32,000 nt of DNA, from NCBI RefSeq assembly GCF_049243625.1, contig NZ_CP046975.1. One strand, written 5' to 3'. Shown here piece after piece: positions 18,523 through 26,877 of this stretch. How positions within the stretch are numbered: position 1 is the stretch's first letter; every line of letters begins with the position of its first letter. Position numbers and translations under genes: made by a program. The notes below the pieces were generated by a model that saw only the letters and a program-made list of their open reading frames with translations, was not told the DNA's origin and made no database searches. The DNA is from Corynebacterium amycolatum. GTDB lineage: Bacteria > Actinomycetota > Actinomycetes > Mycobacteriales > Mycobacteriaceae.

Positions 18523-19440
18523 TTAATCCTCGTGGTTCTGTTGACGCCCAACCAGAGCGCCAAACACCAGATCGAGTGTCGGTGTTTCCACTGACACCTT
18601 CTGCCCCATCCTGCGGATTGCGCCAATCTGGGCATCGAGCTCATTGGCAAGCCCCGCGGTGTAGTCACGCTGCATCGACGAGGTGTTGTCGTACCCCTGA
18701 GCATCAGTAAAGGCCAAGGTCCGCGACACGATGTCCTCTGGCAGCGCGACACCGCAGGCTCTACCAACTGCTTCAGTTTCTTCAAACATCCGCGTCAAGC
18801 TGTCGCGCATTTCCGAACGCAAGTAACCAATCGGACTATCAGCCAGGGCACCTAGTGCACCGAGGTTAGCCACGAACATCGCCTTTGCCCAGATATCGCC
18901 CCAGATATCCGGGAGCTGTTCGCCACCGAGCCCAGCCGTGTGCAATGCCTCGATAACTTCCCCGACCAGGTCATTAGTGGAGCCATCGAATGTGCCGATG
19001 CTCAGGCTCATCGGTCCTGGGCGGAAGGTGACTTCCGCAGGGCCAGTGTGAATAAAGAAACCGCGGATAACACCCGGGAACACCTTGTCCTCACCGAACC
19101 GCCCCGCTGCCAAATAAGGGATTTCCACCGAGTTATGGGTGGTCACTACCGCAGCTCCAGCCGGAACTTGTGGGAAAGGATCATTGCCCGGCAGCGCCTT
19201 GGTTGCCGCAATCACAACATCGACGCCGATGCCATCGGCAGTGAGTTCGTCCCAGTTGTCGGCTGCCTTAACGGGGATAGTGCTGCGTTCCCCGTGCTCG
19301 TCGATAAGCGTGAGCCCCGCCTCACGAATACGTGTCAGGGTCTTACCGCGGGCGAGAAAGACAACATCATAGCCCGCTTGCACGAGGCGACCGCCAAACC
19401 AGCCGCCCACTGCTCCTACACCTAAAACTCCAATCCTCAT
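18523..19440 (-). CDS. panE: 2-dehydropantoate 2-reductase (ketopantoate reductase, ApbA/PanE family)
   Basis: N-terminal Rossmann motif MRIGVLGVGAVGGWFGGRL plus a C-terminal ApbA_C-like region. ATG 19440 has AAGGTGG 5 nt upstream on the minus strand; the GTG at 19449 is the alternative start. Confidence 0.8.
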   Translation of the reverse strand: MRIGVLGVGAVGGWFGGRLVQAGYDVVFLARGKTLTRIREAGLTLIDEHGERSTIPVKAADNWDELTADGIGVDVVIAATKALPGNDPFPQVPAGAAVVTTHNSVEIPYLAAGRFGEDKVFPGVIRGFFIHTGPAEVTFRPGPMSLSIGTFDGSTNDLVGEVIEALHTAGLGGEQLPDIWGDIWAKAMFVANLGALGALADSPIGYLRSEMRDSLTRMFEETEAVGRACGVALPEDIVSRTLAFTDAQGYDNTSSMQRDYTAGLANELDAQIGAIRRMGQKVSVETPTLDLVFGALVGRQQNHED

Positions 19441-19535
19441 AGCTGCCACCTTACGACTTCCGTGTTGACCGCGAAGGAAGTTGCATGCGGTTGTCCACAG
19501 GAAATCCGGGCTGTCTCCAAATGTAAAATTTGGGC

Positions 19536-19564
19536 TTGAATTACTACCTTGCCAAAACTATGTA
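19536..19564 (+). promoter_or_regulatory. Candidate sigma-A type promoter for the PTS operon (weak call)
   Basis: ttgaat (19536-19541), a 17-nt spacer, then tatgta (19559-19564), lying upstream of the RAT element. This rests on hexamer resemblance only. Confidence 0.25.
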
Positions 19565-19601
19565 AAACGGAGTAGGGTCGAAATCAATAGATATCAACCC
19601 A

Positions 19602-19632
19602 GGGTTGTTACTCTTTTGAGGCAAGACCTGAG
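19602..19632 (+). promoter_or_regulatory. RAT (ribonucleic antiterminator) element for a BglG/SacY/LicT-type antiterminator
   Basis: gggttgttactcttttgaggcaagacctgag matches the conserved RAT pattern GGnTTGTTACTn(6-8)AGGCAAnACCTnA. Its 3' part overlaps the 5' arm of the following terminator. Confidence 0.9.
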
Positions 19633-19665
19633 GCCCACAGTTTGTGGTGTCTCGGGTCTTTTTTG
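19623..19665 (+). terminator. Leader terminator overlapped by the RAT (conditional antitermination)
   Basis: Stem aagacctgaggcccac (19623-19638) / gtggtgtctcgggtctt (19644-19660) with one bulge and two G-U pairs, running into tttttt. It lies 38 nt upstream of the EIIBCA start. Confidence 0.85.
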
Positions 19666-19702
19666 CGTTTAACGGCCCTGTTTACCGCGAAGGAAGGTCA
19701 CG

Positions 19703-21823
19703 ATGGGGTCGTCAAAAGATTCCAGCGCGAGGGCAATAGTTGAAAACCTCGGTGGACCCGGAAACATCACAAGCATGACGCACTGTGCGACGCGTCTGCG
19801 TTTTGAACTCGGTGATGTCTCCAAGATCAACGAGGACAAGATTGACAACGTGCCGGGCGTACTCGGCGTCGTTCACCAGGGCGACAATCGCTACCAGGTC
19901 ATCTGTGGCGGTGGCGTCGAATCGATGTACACGGCAATTAAGCACCTACCGGAAATGAAGGGCGCCGGCGCGGTCGCCACTAAATCCGACGCAGATGTAA
20001 AGGCAGAGGCCCGTTCAAAGGCACGCGGCAAGTACGCGTGGCTGGACAACTTCTTCGAGTATCTCTCCGATTCCTTCCGCCCGATTCTGGGCGTGCTTCT
20101 GGGAGCCTCGCTAATCATCGCGATTGCGGCTGTACTCGACGCATTCGGAGTCGTTGATTTCCGCGCCGATGATAAGTCCGCTACTTGGATCTTTGTTGAT
20201 GCCATGTGGCGCAGTGTCTTCTACTTCCTGCCAATCATGGTCGCCTACAATGCGGCGAAGAAACTACGGGTGGATCCATGGCTAGGTGCAGCCATTATGG
20301 CTGCACTGATGACGCCGGAGTTTATGAGCCTGAGCGATACTGAGCGCTTCCCCGACACTGTCCGGGAAGTCAACGAATCGCTGGGCACTGAGGCTTTCAC
20401 CGCCAACATTTTTGGTCTGCCGATGCAGCTCAACGACTATGGTGGACAGGTCTTCGTACCGCTGATTATGGTCGCGATCCTGGCTGTGGTTTACCACAAC
20501 TTGAAGAAGGTCTTCCCGGAAAACGTCCAGATGGTCTTCGTACCGTTTATCTCCATGCTGATCATGATTCCGCTGACCGCCTTCCTCATTGGCCCATTGG
20601 GCATCTGGCTGGGTAACGGTATCGGCGCAGGACTGGCATGGATGAACTCGCACGCACCGTTCGTGTTCGCAATTCTGATCCCGATGCTCTACCCGTTCCT
20701 GGTGCCGCTGGGCCTGCACTGGCCGCTGAATGCGCTGATGCTGGTCAATATCCAGACGCTCGGCTACGACTTCATCCAAGGCCCAATGGGCACCTGGAAC
20801 TTCGCCTGCTTCGGCGCAACCGCCGGTGTGCTGGTTCTTTCCATGCGCGACCGCGACACTCAGATGCGCCAGACGGCAACCGGTGCACTCGCCGCTGGTC
20901 TCTTCGGTGGTATCTCCGAGCCGTCCCTCTACGGTATTCACCTACGCTTCAAGCGGATCTACCCGCGCATGCTGCTCGGCTGTTTCGCCGGTGGTCTGAC
21001 CATCGCCATTCTTTCCGCTCCGTACGAGGGCGTCCAGACCAACGCGTTCGTCTTCACCTCGCTGCTGACCACCGTCGTGTTCAAGCCGATGTGGGTCTAC
21101 GCCATCTCCATCGCCGTGGCATTCTTCGTCGCCATGTTCGCAATCATCCTCACCGACTACCGCACACCAGAGCAGAAGGCAGAGGCCGAGGCCGCACGCG
21201 CTGCAGAGCTTGACGACGAGCCCCGCGACGACACCCCACACGCTGCCTCCAGTGGCTCCGATTCCACTCCGGCGGAGGCTTCCGGTGACCCTGGTACCAA
21301 CACCGAGGCTGTCGCACCGGCTGCCGCAGCAGCTGGCGTCGGTGGTGCCGCAACGGCCGTTGCTACCAAGCCTGTACAAGTACAGGCCCCAGTTGCCGGT
21401 GAGGTTGTCAACCTTGCCGATGCCGGCGACGCGGTCTTTGCCTCCGGTGCTCTCGGTGACGGTGTCGGAATCAAGCCGACCAGTTCCACCGTGGTCGCCC
21501 CCGTATCGGGCACGTTGATGACCGTGGCCAAGACCGGTCACGCCTTCGGCATTAAGACCGATGACGGTGTGGAGGTACTCGTCCACGTCGGTATTGACAC
21601 GGTCAAGATGGCCGGTGAGGGCTTCGATGTCCAGGTTTCCAAGAAGCAGCACGTCCAGGCCGGCGATGTTCTTGCCGAAGTCGATTTCGACAAGGTCAAG
21701 GAAGCTGGTTACCCAACCACGACACTGATGACCATCACCAATACCAAGAAGCTGACCAAGGTTTCCCCGGTCGCCGGCATCTCCGTCCACGCCGGCGACA
21801 CGGTCATCGAAGTTCAGCCATAA
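19703..21823 (+). CDS. PTS permease EIIBCA, glucose/sucrose/beta-glucoside superfamily (substrate not assignable)
   Basis: EIIB domain with phospho-cysteine motif NITSMTHCATRLRF, a multi-TM EIIC, a long Ala/Pro/Asp/Glu linker, and an EIIA-Glc-type domain with HAFGIKTDDGVEVLVHVGIDTV. Confidence 0.92.
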   Translation: MGSSKDSSARAIVENLGGPGNITSMTHCATRLRFELGDVSKINEDKIDNVPGVLGVVHQGDNRYQVICGGGVESMYTAIKHLPEMKGAGAVATKSDADVKAEARSKARGKYAWLDNFFEYLSDSFRPILGVLLGASLIIAIAAVLDAFGVVDFRADDKSATWIFVDAMWRSVFYFLPIMVAYNAAKKLRVDPWLGAAIMAALMTPEFMSLSDTERFPDTVREVNESLGTEAFTANIFGLPMQLNDYGGQVFVPLIMVAILAVVYHNLKKVFPENVQMVFVPFISMLIMIPLTAFLIGPLGIWLGNGIGAGLAWMNSHAPFVFAILIPMLYPFLVPLGLHWPLNALMLVNIQTLGYDFIQGPMGTWNFACFGATAGVLVLSMRDRDTQMRQTATGALAAGLFGGISEPSLYGIHLRFKRIYPRMLLGCFAGGLTIAILSAPYEGVQTNAFVFTSLLTTVVFKPMWVYAISIAVAFFVAMFAIILTDYRTPEQKAEAEAARAAELDDEPRDDTPHAASSGSDSTPAEASGDPGTNTEAVAPAAAAAGVGGAATAVATKPVQVQAPVAGEVVNLADAGDAVFASGALGDGVGIKPTSSTVVAPVSGTLMTVAKTGHAFGIKTDDGVEVLVHVGIDTVKMAGEGFDVQVSKKQHVQAGDVLAEVDFDKVKEAGYPTTTLMTITNTKKLTKVSPVAGISVHAGDTVIEVQP

Positions 21824-21888
21824 TTGATTTCTAGAAGGCATACCGGCCTGAAATCCCTCAACTTATGGAGGAGTTCACGGTTACCGAC

Positions 21889-23148
21889 ATGGAAATCTTA
21901 AGAGTATTCAATAACAACGTGGTCCTGGCCAAGGACGCGGCCGGCGAGAAAATCATCACCGGCCGCGGCATTGGCTTCAAGGCCCGCCCGGGGCAGTCGG
22001 TTGATTCGAGCAAAGTTGTTCGAATCTTTGTCCCAGCGGAAGGCCGCGATCCGGACCATATTGCCACGATGCTCACAGAGATTCCGTTGGCCCACATCAC
22101 TCTTGTGACCGATGCGGTAACCGCGGCCGGTCTGCCGGAATCAATGACAAAGAACGCTTCCCTTCTTGTGGCGTTGGCCGATCACATTGGTTTCGCCATC
22201 ATGAGGGCAGCTAACGGGCAGCGAGCTGATTACCCGCTGCTCGCGGAAGTCAGCCAACTTTATAGTGAAGAGTACGCGCAGGCGCAGGCCATTTTGTCGC
22301 ATATCAATCGCGCTCTCAATGACCGTCGTATAGCGCCATTGCCCCGCTCAGAATCGGTGGCAATTACGTTACACCTGGTCAATGCTGGTTTTTCTACAGG
22401 CGATTTGAGCTTCACCTACACCATGACGGGCGTGCTGCAGCAGCTGCTCACAATCATTGAAAGTGATTTTGACATCACGCTGGAGCCAGAGACTGTCAAT
22501 GTGGGACGCTTCATCACGCACCTGCGCTACCTGTTCGTCCGGATTGCCAAGCATGAGCAGTTGAAAGACCACTCCTCCGCTATTGGCCAGGCCATCCGTG
22601 ACTCTTCCCCAGAGGCATATCGTTGCGCACAGCGCATATCCGCAGTCATTGAACTGCGTCTGGGGTCGGGGCTAACGGAAGACGAAATTTCCTACCTCAC
22701 CCTGCACATTGCACGCATTGTGCAGGCAGCGGCTGTATCTCCCACCGCCTCCGGGGTTTCCCGGAGCATGCGCGACGTTGATGCTAAGCAAGCACCAGCG
22801 GGCGGCGCACCCGCGGTGGGGTGTACAGGCCCTGTGCCTGAGTCAGAGAATTCCACACACTCGACCCGAAAGGATTCAACCATGATTACTCGTACCGCTA
22901 CCATCGGTTCCTCCGTAGGCCTGCACGCTCGCCCGGCTTCCCTGTTCACTCAGGCTGCTGCTGAGTACGACTACGACATTGTCATTTCCCTCGATGACGA
23001 AGAGGCCGATGCCGCTTCGATCCTGGAGGTCATGACCCTCGGCGCTAAGCACGGTGATGAAGTCACGCTGAGCTGTGAGGACGACTCCGCAGCTGCAGCT
23101 CTGGACGAGCTCGCTGCCATGCTCGAGCGCGACCTGGATGCCGAGTAA
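21889..23148 (+). CDS. BglG/LicT/SacY-family PRD antiterminator whose reading frame continues without a stop into HPr
   Basis: CAT domain MEILRVFNNNVVLAKDAAGEKIITGRGIGF. PRD1 and PRD2 carry four His in canonical contexts (LADHIGFAI, ITLHLVNA, FITHLRYL, LTLHIARI). A roughly 50-aa Ala/Pro/Gly/Ser-rich linker then leads into a complete HPr. The start is ATG 21889 (it aligns with the N-terminus of LicT as I remember it) or ATG 21865; neither has a well-spaced SD. Confidence 0.7.
   Translation: MEILRVFNNNVVLAKDAAGEKIITGRGIGFKARPGQSVDSSKVVRIFVPAEGRDPDHIATMLTEIPLAHITLVTDAVTAAGLPESMTKNASLLVALADHIGFAIMRAANGQRADYPLLAEVSQLYSEEYAQAQAILSHINRALNDRRIAPLPRSESVAITLHLVNAGFSTGDLSFTYTMTGVLQQLLTIIESDFDITLEPETVNVGRFITHLRYLFVRIAKHEQLKDHSSAIGQAIRDSSPEAYRCAQRISAVIELRLGSGLTEDEISYLTLHIARIVQAAAVSPTASGVSRSMRDVDAKQAPAGGAPAVGCTGPVPESENSTHSTRKDSTMITRTATIGSSVGLHARPASLFTQAAAEYDYDIVISLDDEEADAASILEVMTLGAKHGDEVTLSCEDDSAAAALDELAAMLERDLDAE
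22882..23148 (+). CDS. ptsH: Phosphocarrier protein HPr (nested in the same frame as the antiterminator ORF)
   Basis: The 88-aa product MITRTATIGSSVGLHARPASLF.. has the active-site His in GLHARPA and the ASILEVMTLGA region. GAAAGGA (22868-22874) lies 7 nt upstream of ATG 22882, which supports independent initiation. Confidence 0.8.
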   Translation: MITRTATIGSSVGLHARPASLFTQAAAEYDYDIVISLDDEEADAASILEVMTLGAKHGDEVTLSCEDDSAAAALDELAAMLERDLDAE

Positions 23149-23236
23149 GCCCAGCTACAACACTCCTGGATAACACCACGGCACACCACGACCGACGGGT
23201 CTCCCCGCAGAGGTCCCGAAAAGGAGATCGGAAGCA

Positions 23237-24928
23237 ATGAACGAGCAGCACACTGTCATCTATGGCATCGGTGTCTCGACCGGTACGGCCAGCGCTGAAG
23301 TAGTAAAGGTACTCCCCGCTCCGGGAGTTGATACCCAAGAGCCGTCGTCGACCGACCCTGTCGCCGATGGTGAGCGCGTCCGCGCAGCGATGGCCAACGT
23401 CGCAGAGTCGCTGAAGAAGCAGGCTGAGCATTCCAGCCCGCAGGCGCGTCCGATTCTGGAGGCCACTGCGCAACTGGCTTCCGATAGGGCACTCGCCAAG
23501 GCTGTGGTAAAGAAACTCAAGGCGGGCTCCGGCGTCACCCAGGCAGTTCACGATGCCGTTGAAGACTACGCGCAGCTCCTCTCAAGCCTCGGCGGCTACA
23601 TGGCTGAACGTGTCACCGACCTCTACGATGTTCGCGACCGCACAATTTGCGAGCTGCGTGGCCTGCCAAAGCCGGGCGTCCCGGATGTCTCCACCCCCAC
23701 TATTCTGCTTGCCGACGATCTCGCGCCCGCCGAAACCGTGGGGCTTGATCCCGAGTTGGTCGTAGGCATCGCCACCGCTGGTGGCGGGCCGACCAGCCAC
23801 ACGGCTATCCTCGCAGCTCAGCTGGGCATTCCGGCCGTCGTTAAGGCGAAGGGCGTCATGGAACTTGAGGCCGGTACCTTTGTCGCCATTGACGGTGGTG
23901 CCGGTGAGGTGATTGCGAATCCGACCGCCGATGAGGTCGCCGAGTTGGAAGAGCGCGCTCGTCGCCGGGAAGCCGCCCTGGCGCAGTCTGTGGGCGCAGG
24001 CAAAACCGCTGATGGTTACCCTGTGAATCTGCTGGCCAACATTGGTACGGCGGAAGATGGTGAGTCTGCAGCAGCGCAGGATAATGAGGGCACCGGCCTG
24101 TTCCGTACTGAGTTCCTTTTCCTCGACCGCGACAAGGCTCCGAGTTTGGAAGAACAAACGGAAACCTACACTCGTGTGCTGAAGGCATTCGGTGAGCGAC
24201 GCGTGGTTGTGCGCACACTGGATGCGGGTGCGGATAAGCCGCTGAGCTTTGCCGACCTAGGCGAGGAAGAAAACCCGGCGCTGGGTCGCCGCGGACTGCG
24301 CCTGTCGCAGGCTCGGGAAGATTTGCTGGATACGCAGCTGGATGCACTCGCCGCTGCGTTTGATGCCACCGGCCGTAAGGCTGACCTGCGGGTTATGGCT
24401 CCGATGATAGCAACGGTCGAAGAAACAAAGTGGTTTGCGGACAGGGCGCGTGAGCGTGGCCTGCCGAAGGTCGGCATCATGATTGAGGTCCCCGCAGCAG
24501 CAATTCGCGCGAAGCAGCTGCTGTCCATTGTGGACTTTGCCTCCATTGGTACTAACGACTTGTCGCAGTACACTATGGCGGCCGACCGCATGCAGGGGGC
24601 TCTGGCGGATCTGCTTTCCCCGTGGCAACCAGCGGTACTGCAAATGATTAAGTCCGCATGCAAGGGCGGCAATGCTACCGGCAAGCCCATTAGTGTCTGC
24701 GGTGAAGCCGGCGGTGACCCGCTGCTGGCACTGGTCCTGGTGGGTCTCGGCGTGAGCTCGCTGTCCATGGCTTCCAAGAAGGTACCGGCCGTCCGCGCCG
24801 CTCTCCGCCTCCACGACCGCGCTACCTGCCAGCAGATGGCAGCGTACGCTGTCGATGCCGAGACTGCGGCCGATGCGAAGGCCGCAGTGACCGCGCTGGT
24901 GGATCCGAAGGTGAAGGATCTGCTGTAG
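23237..24928 (+). CDS. ptsI: Phosphoenolpyruvate-protein phosphotransferase (PTS Enzyme I)
   Basis: 563-aa ORF with AAGGAG at 23221-23226. It has the phospho-histidine motif GGPTSHTAILAAQLGIPAVV and a PEP-utilising C-terminal domain containing FASIGTNDLSQY and SVCGEAGGDP. Confidence 0.95.
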   Translation: MNEQHTVIYGIGVSTGTASAEVVKVLPAPGVDTQEPSSTDPVADGERVRAAMANVAESLKKQAEHSSPQARPILEATAQLASDRALAKAVVKKLKAGSGVTQAVHDAVEDYAQLLSSLGGYMAERVTDLYDVRDRTICELRGLPKPGVPDVSTPTILLADDLAPAETVGLDPELVVGIATAGGGPTSHTAILAAQLGIPAVVKAKGVMELEAGTFVAIDGGAGEVIANPTADEVAELEERARRREAALAQSVGAGKTADGYPVNLLANIGTAEDGESAAAQDNEGTGLFRTEFLFLDRDKAPSLEEQTETYTRVLKAFGERRVVVRTLDAGADKPLSFADLGEEENPALGRRGLRLSQAREDLLDTQLDALAAAFDATGRKADLRVMAPMIATVEETKWFADRARERGLPKVGIMIEVPAAAIRAKQLLSIVDFASIGTNDLSQYTMAADRMQGALADLLSPWQPAVLQMIKSACKGGNATGKPISVCGEAGGDPLLALVLVGLGVSSLSMASKKVPAVRAALRLHDRATCQQMAAYAVDAETAADAKAAVTALVDPKVKDLL

Positions 24929-24946
24929 AGCGACGGAATTATTATT

Positions 24947-25000
24947 GAGCCTGGCGCACACACGGTCAGCGTAAAAGTGTGTGCCAGGCTCTTTCTTTAT
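24947..25000 (+). terminator. Rho-independent terminator of ptsI
   Basis: Stem gagcctggcgcacacac (24947-24963, one bulged g) / gtgtgtgccaggctc (24977-24991), followed by tttctttat. Confidence 0.8.
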
Positions 25001-25393
25001 TGGCGCATCGAACGATCACGAGCAGCGAACTTTCTGGGAGTTTTCTTGATTTTCCCTCTCTCGAACGCCCCATTAAGATAAATAGAGTGCCTTCGTCGGC
25101 ACCACCAACGCCGTCGAAGCCCCTTAATAGTTCAAATAAAGACGGCTCATACAAGCCACAACTTAATTCACGCAACAGGCTCCACCCAGCCCGTGACAAT
25201 TCACAATTTCACATTAAAGTGTCAGTTTTCGGCATCGTGGCCTGTCATCTACATGGGCACACGAACTGCAATTGCGCTGCTGTAACGGGCGTTTGCGCTA
25301 CCGCAGCACCAGCAACAACGGCGTCGCCACAGCAGCATGCAGCATCGCCCTTGACCTTATGGGCGACACTAATTTAGAAAGAACCCAATTCTC

Positions 25394-26797
25394 ATGACCA
25401 AGTCGAGCGGAGTGGAGTCCCCGAAGTCTTTCGCTTCCATAATCGTTGTTACAGCGCTCATGCTGTTTTCGATGTTCTTCGGCGCGGGCAACCTCATCTT
25501 CCCGCCGAAGCTCGGAGTGGATTCCGGTACCAACTTTGGCCCCTCAATCACCGGCTTCCTGCTCACCGGTGTGGCGTTGCCAGTTCTGGCCATCATTGCG
25601 ATCGCCATTTCAGGCAGCAATTTACGTGACCTAGCGTTCCGCGCGGGCCGCATCTTTTCCCTGGGCTTCCCGGTAATCGCATACCTTTCCATCGGTGCTT
25701 TCTACGCTCTGCCGCGTACCGGTGCCGTGTCGTACGAAACCGGTGTCCAGCCGATTTTCGGCAGTGATTCGCTGGCCGCCGCTGCGTCCTTCTACTTTGT
25801 TTTCTTCGGTATCGCGTTGGCATTGGCGTGGAATCCGAATGAAATTGTGTCCAAACTGGGCAAGATTCTCACCCCGGCTCTGCTGATTCTCTTGGTTGTA
25901 TTGGTTGGAATGTCGGCATTCAAATTCGATGCCGCTCCGGCTGCGCCAATTGAAAAGTACTCCTCTACCCCATTTGCCTCCGGCCTAGTCGAGGGCTACC
26001 TCACCATGGACTCCATCGCCGGCCTTGCATTCGGCATCATTGTCATTTCTGCCCTCCGCGTCAGCGGTGTCCCAGAGGGCAAGCGTATGGTTCGCGGCAC
26101 AATGATCTCAGGCCTGTTCGCCGGCATTTTGCTGGCCATCATCTACTTGGGATTGGGCTATGTCGGCCAGGTGCTGCCGAATGCTGCCTCCTTCGATAAC
26201 GGCTCGGGCATCCTCGCAGAGGCTTCCAAACAGGCCATGGGTCAGGGCGGTCAGATTGTCTTCGGTCTCATCGTTCTGCTGGCATGCATGACCACGGCCG
26301 TCGGTCTGATTGCCGCAACCAGTGAGTTCTTCAATCTGCTGCTTCCGGGTATCAGTTACAAGGCCTGGGCGATTGTCTTCACGGTTATGTCCTTCGTAAT
26401 GGCAACACAGGGGCTGTCTCAGGTACTGGCGATTGCCGCGCCGATTATCACCTTTATTTACCCGCCGGCAATCACGCTGATTGCACTGACACTTCTCGAC
26501 CCAGTCATTTCCTACTCCTTCAAGCTGTATTACACCTACCGCCTGGGCGTCTGGGTTGCCACCATCTGGTCGGGTATCTCAGTACTCTCCGGTTTGGGTG
26601 TCGGTGGTTCTGCTTTGGCGGACTTCCTTAGTCTCGTGCCTGGTCAGACCATCGAGTTCGGATGGTTCCTGCCGACTCTGGCAGCGGTGGTGATTGGTTA
26701 CGCAATTGACGTCGTCACGCGAAAGCAGCGCGCAAATCGCCCGGCGAGTGTGCTTGCCGACGAGGCCGTTACAGAAGAGGTAGCCGAAAAGGCGTAA
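25394..26797 (+). CDS. brnQ: Branched-chain amino acid transport system II carrier (LIVCS family)
   Basis: 467-aa polytopic protein with the N-terminal BrnQ motif LMLFSMFFGAGNLIFPPKLG. Confidence 0.9.
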   Translation: MTKSSGVESPKSFASIIVVTALMLFSMFFGAGNLIFPPKLGVDSGTNFGPSITGFLLTGVALPVLAIIAIAISGSNLRDLAFRAGRIFSLGFPVIAYLSIGAFYALPRTGAVSYETGVQPIFGSDSLAAAASFYFVFFGIALALAWNPNEIVSKLGKILTPALLILLVVLVGMSAFKFDAAPAAPIEKYSSTPFASGLVEGYLTMDSIAGLAFGIIVISALRVSGVPEGKRMVRGTMISGLFAGILLAIIYLGLGYVGQVLPNAASFDNGSGILAEASKQAMGQGGQIVFGLIVLLACMTTAVGLIAATSEFFNLLLPGISYKAWAIVFTVMSFVMATQGLSQVLAIAAPIITFIYPPAITLIALTLLDPVISYSFKLYYTYRLGVWVATIWSGISVLSGLGVGGSALADFLSLVPGQTIEFGWFLPTLAAVVIGYAIDVVTRKQRANRPASVLADEAVTEEVAEKA

Positions 26798-26877
26798 AAC
26801 CACACCCGGTCATTTGCGTTGCTTAACGTAAATACCGCACGCTAGAGAAGTAAATTCCATCCGAACAAGGATTGACT

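Noticed and set aside
18471-18785. N-terminal 105-codon extension of the tag ORF (310-aa version in the ORF track)
   Set aside because: The extension overlaps the 3' end of the upstream panE-like gene in another frame and is Arg/Trp/Cys-rich with no similarity to Tag proteins. Similarity to Tag begins right after the Met at 18470, which has a modest SD.
20282-21841. Minus-strand ORFs of 219 aa (20282-20941) and 299 aa (20942-21841) inside the PTS EIIBCA gene
   Set aside because: They are antisense to a gene with clear EIIB, EIIC and EIIA motifs. The translations are Gly/Arg/His-rich low complexity.
24979-25377. 132-aa plus-strand ORF (and a 77-aa minus ORF) in the ptsI-brnQ intergenic region
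   Set aside because: The ORF starts inside the ptsI terminator hairpin and has no RBS. Its product is Ser/Pro/Ala-rich low complexity, and its GC content is lower than that of the flanking genes. It is most likely non-coding promoter or leader DNA for brnQ. I looked for a T-box, a leader peptide or a clear structure there and could not support any.
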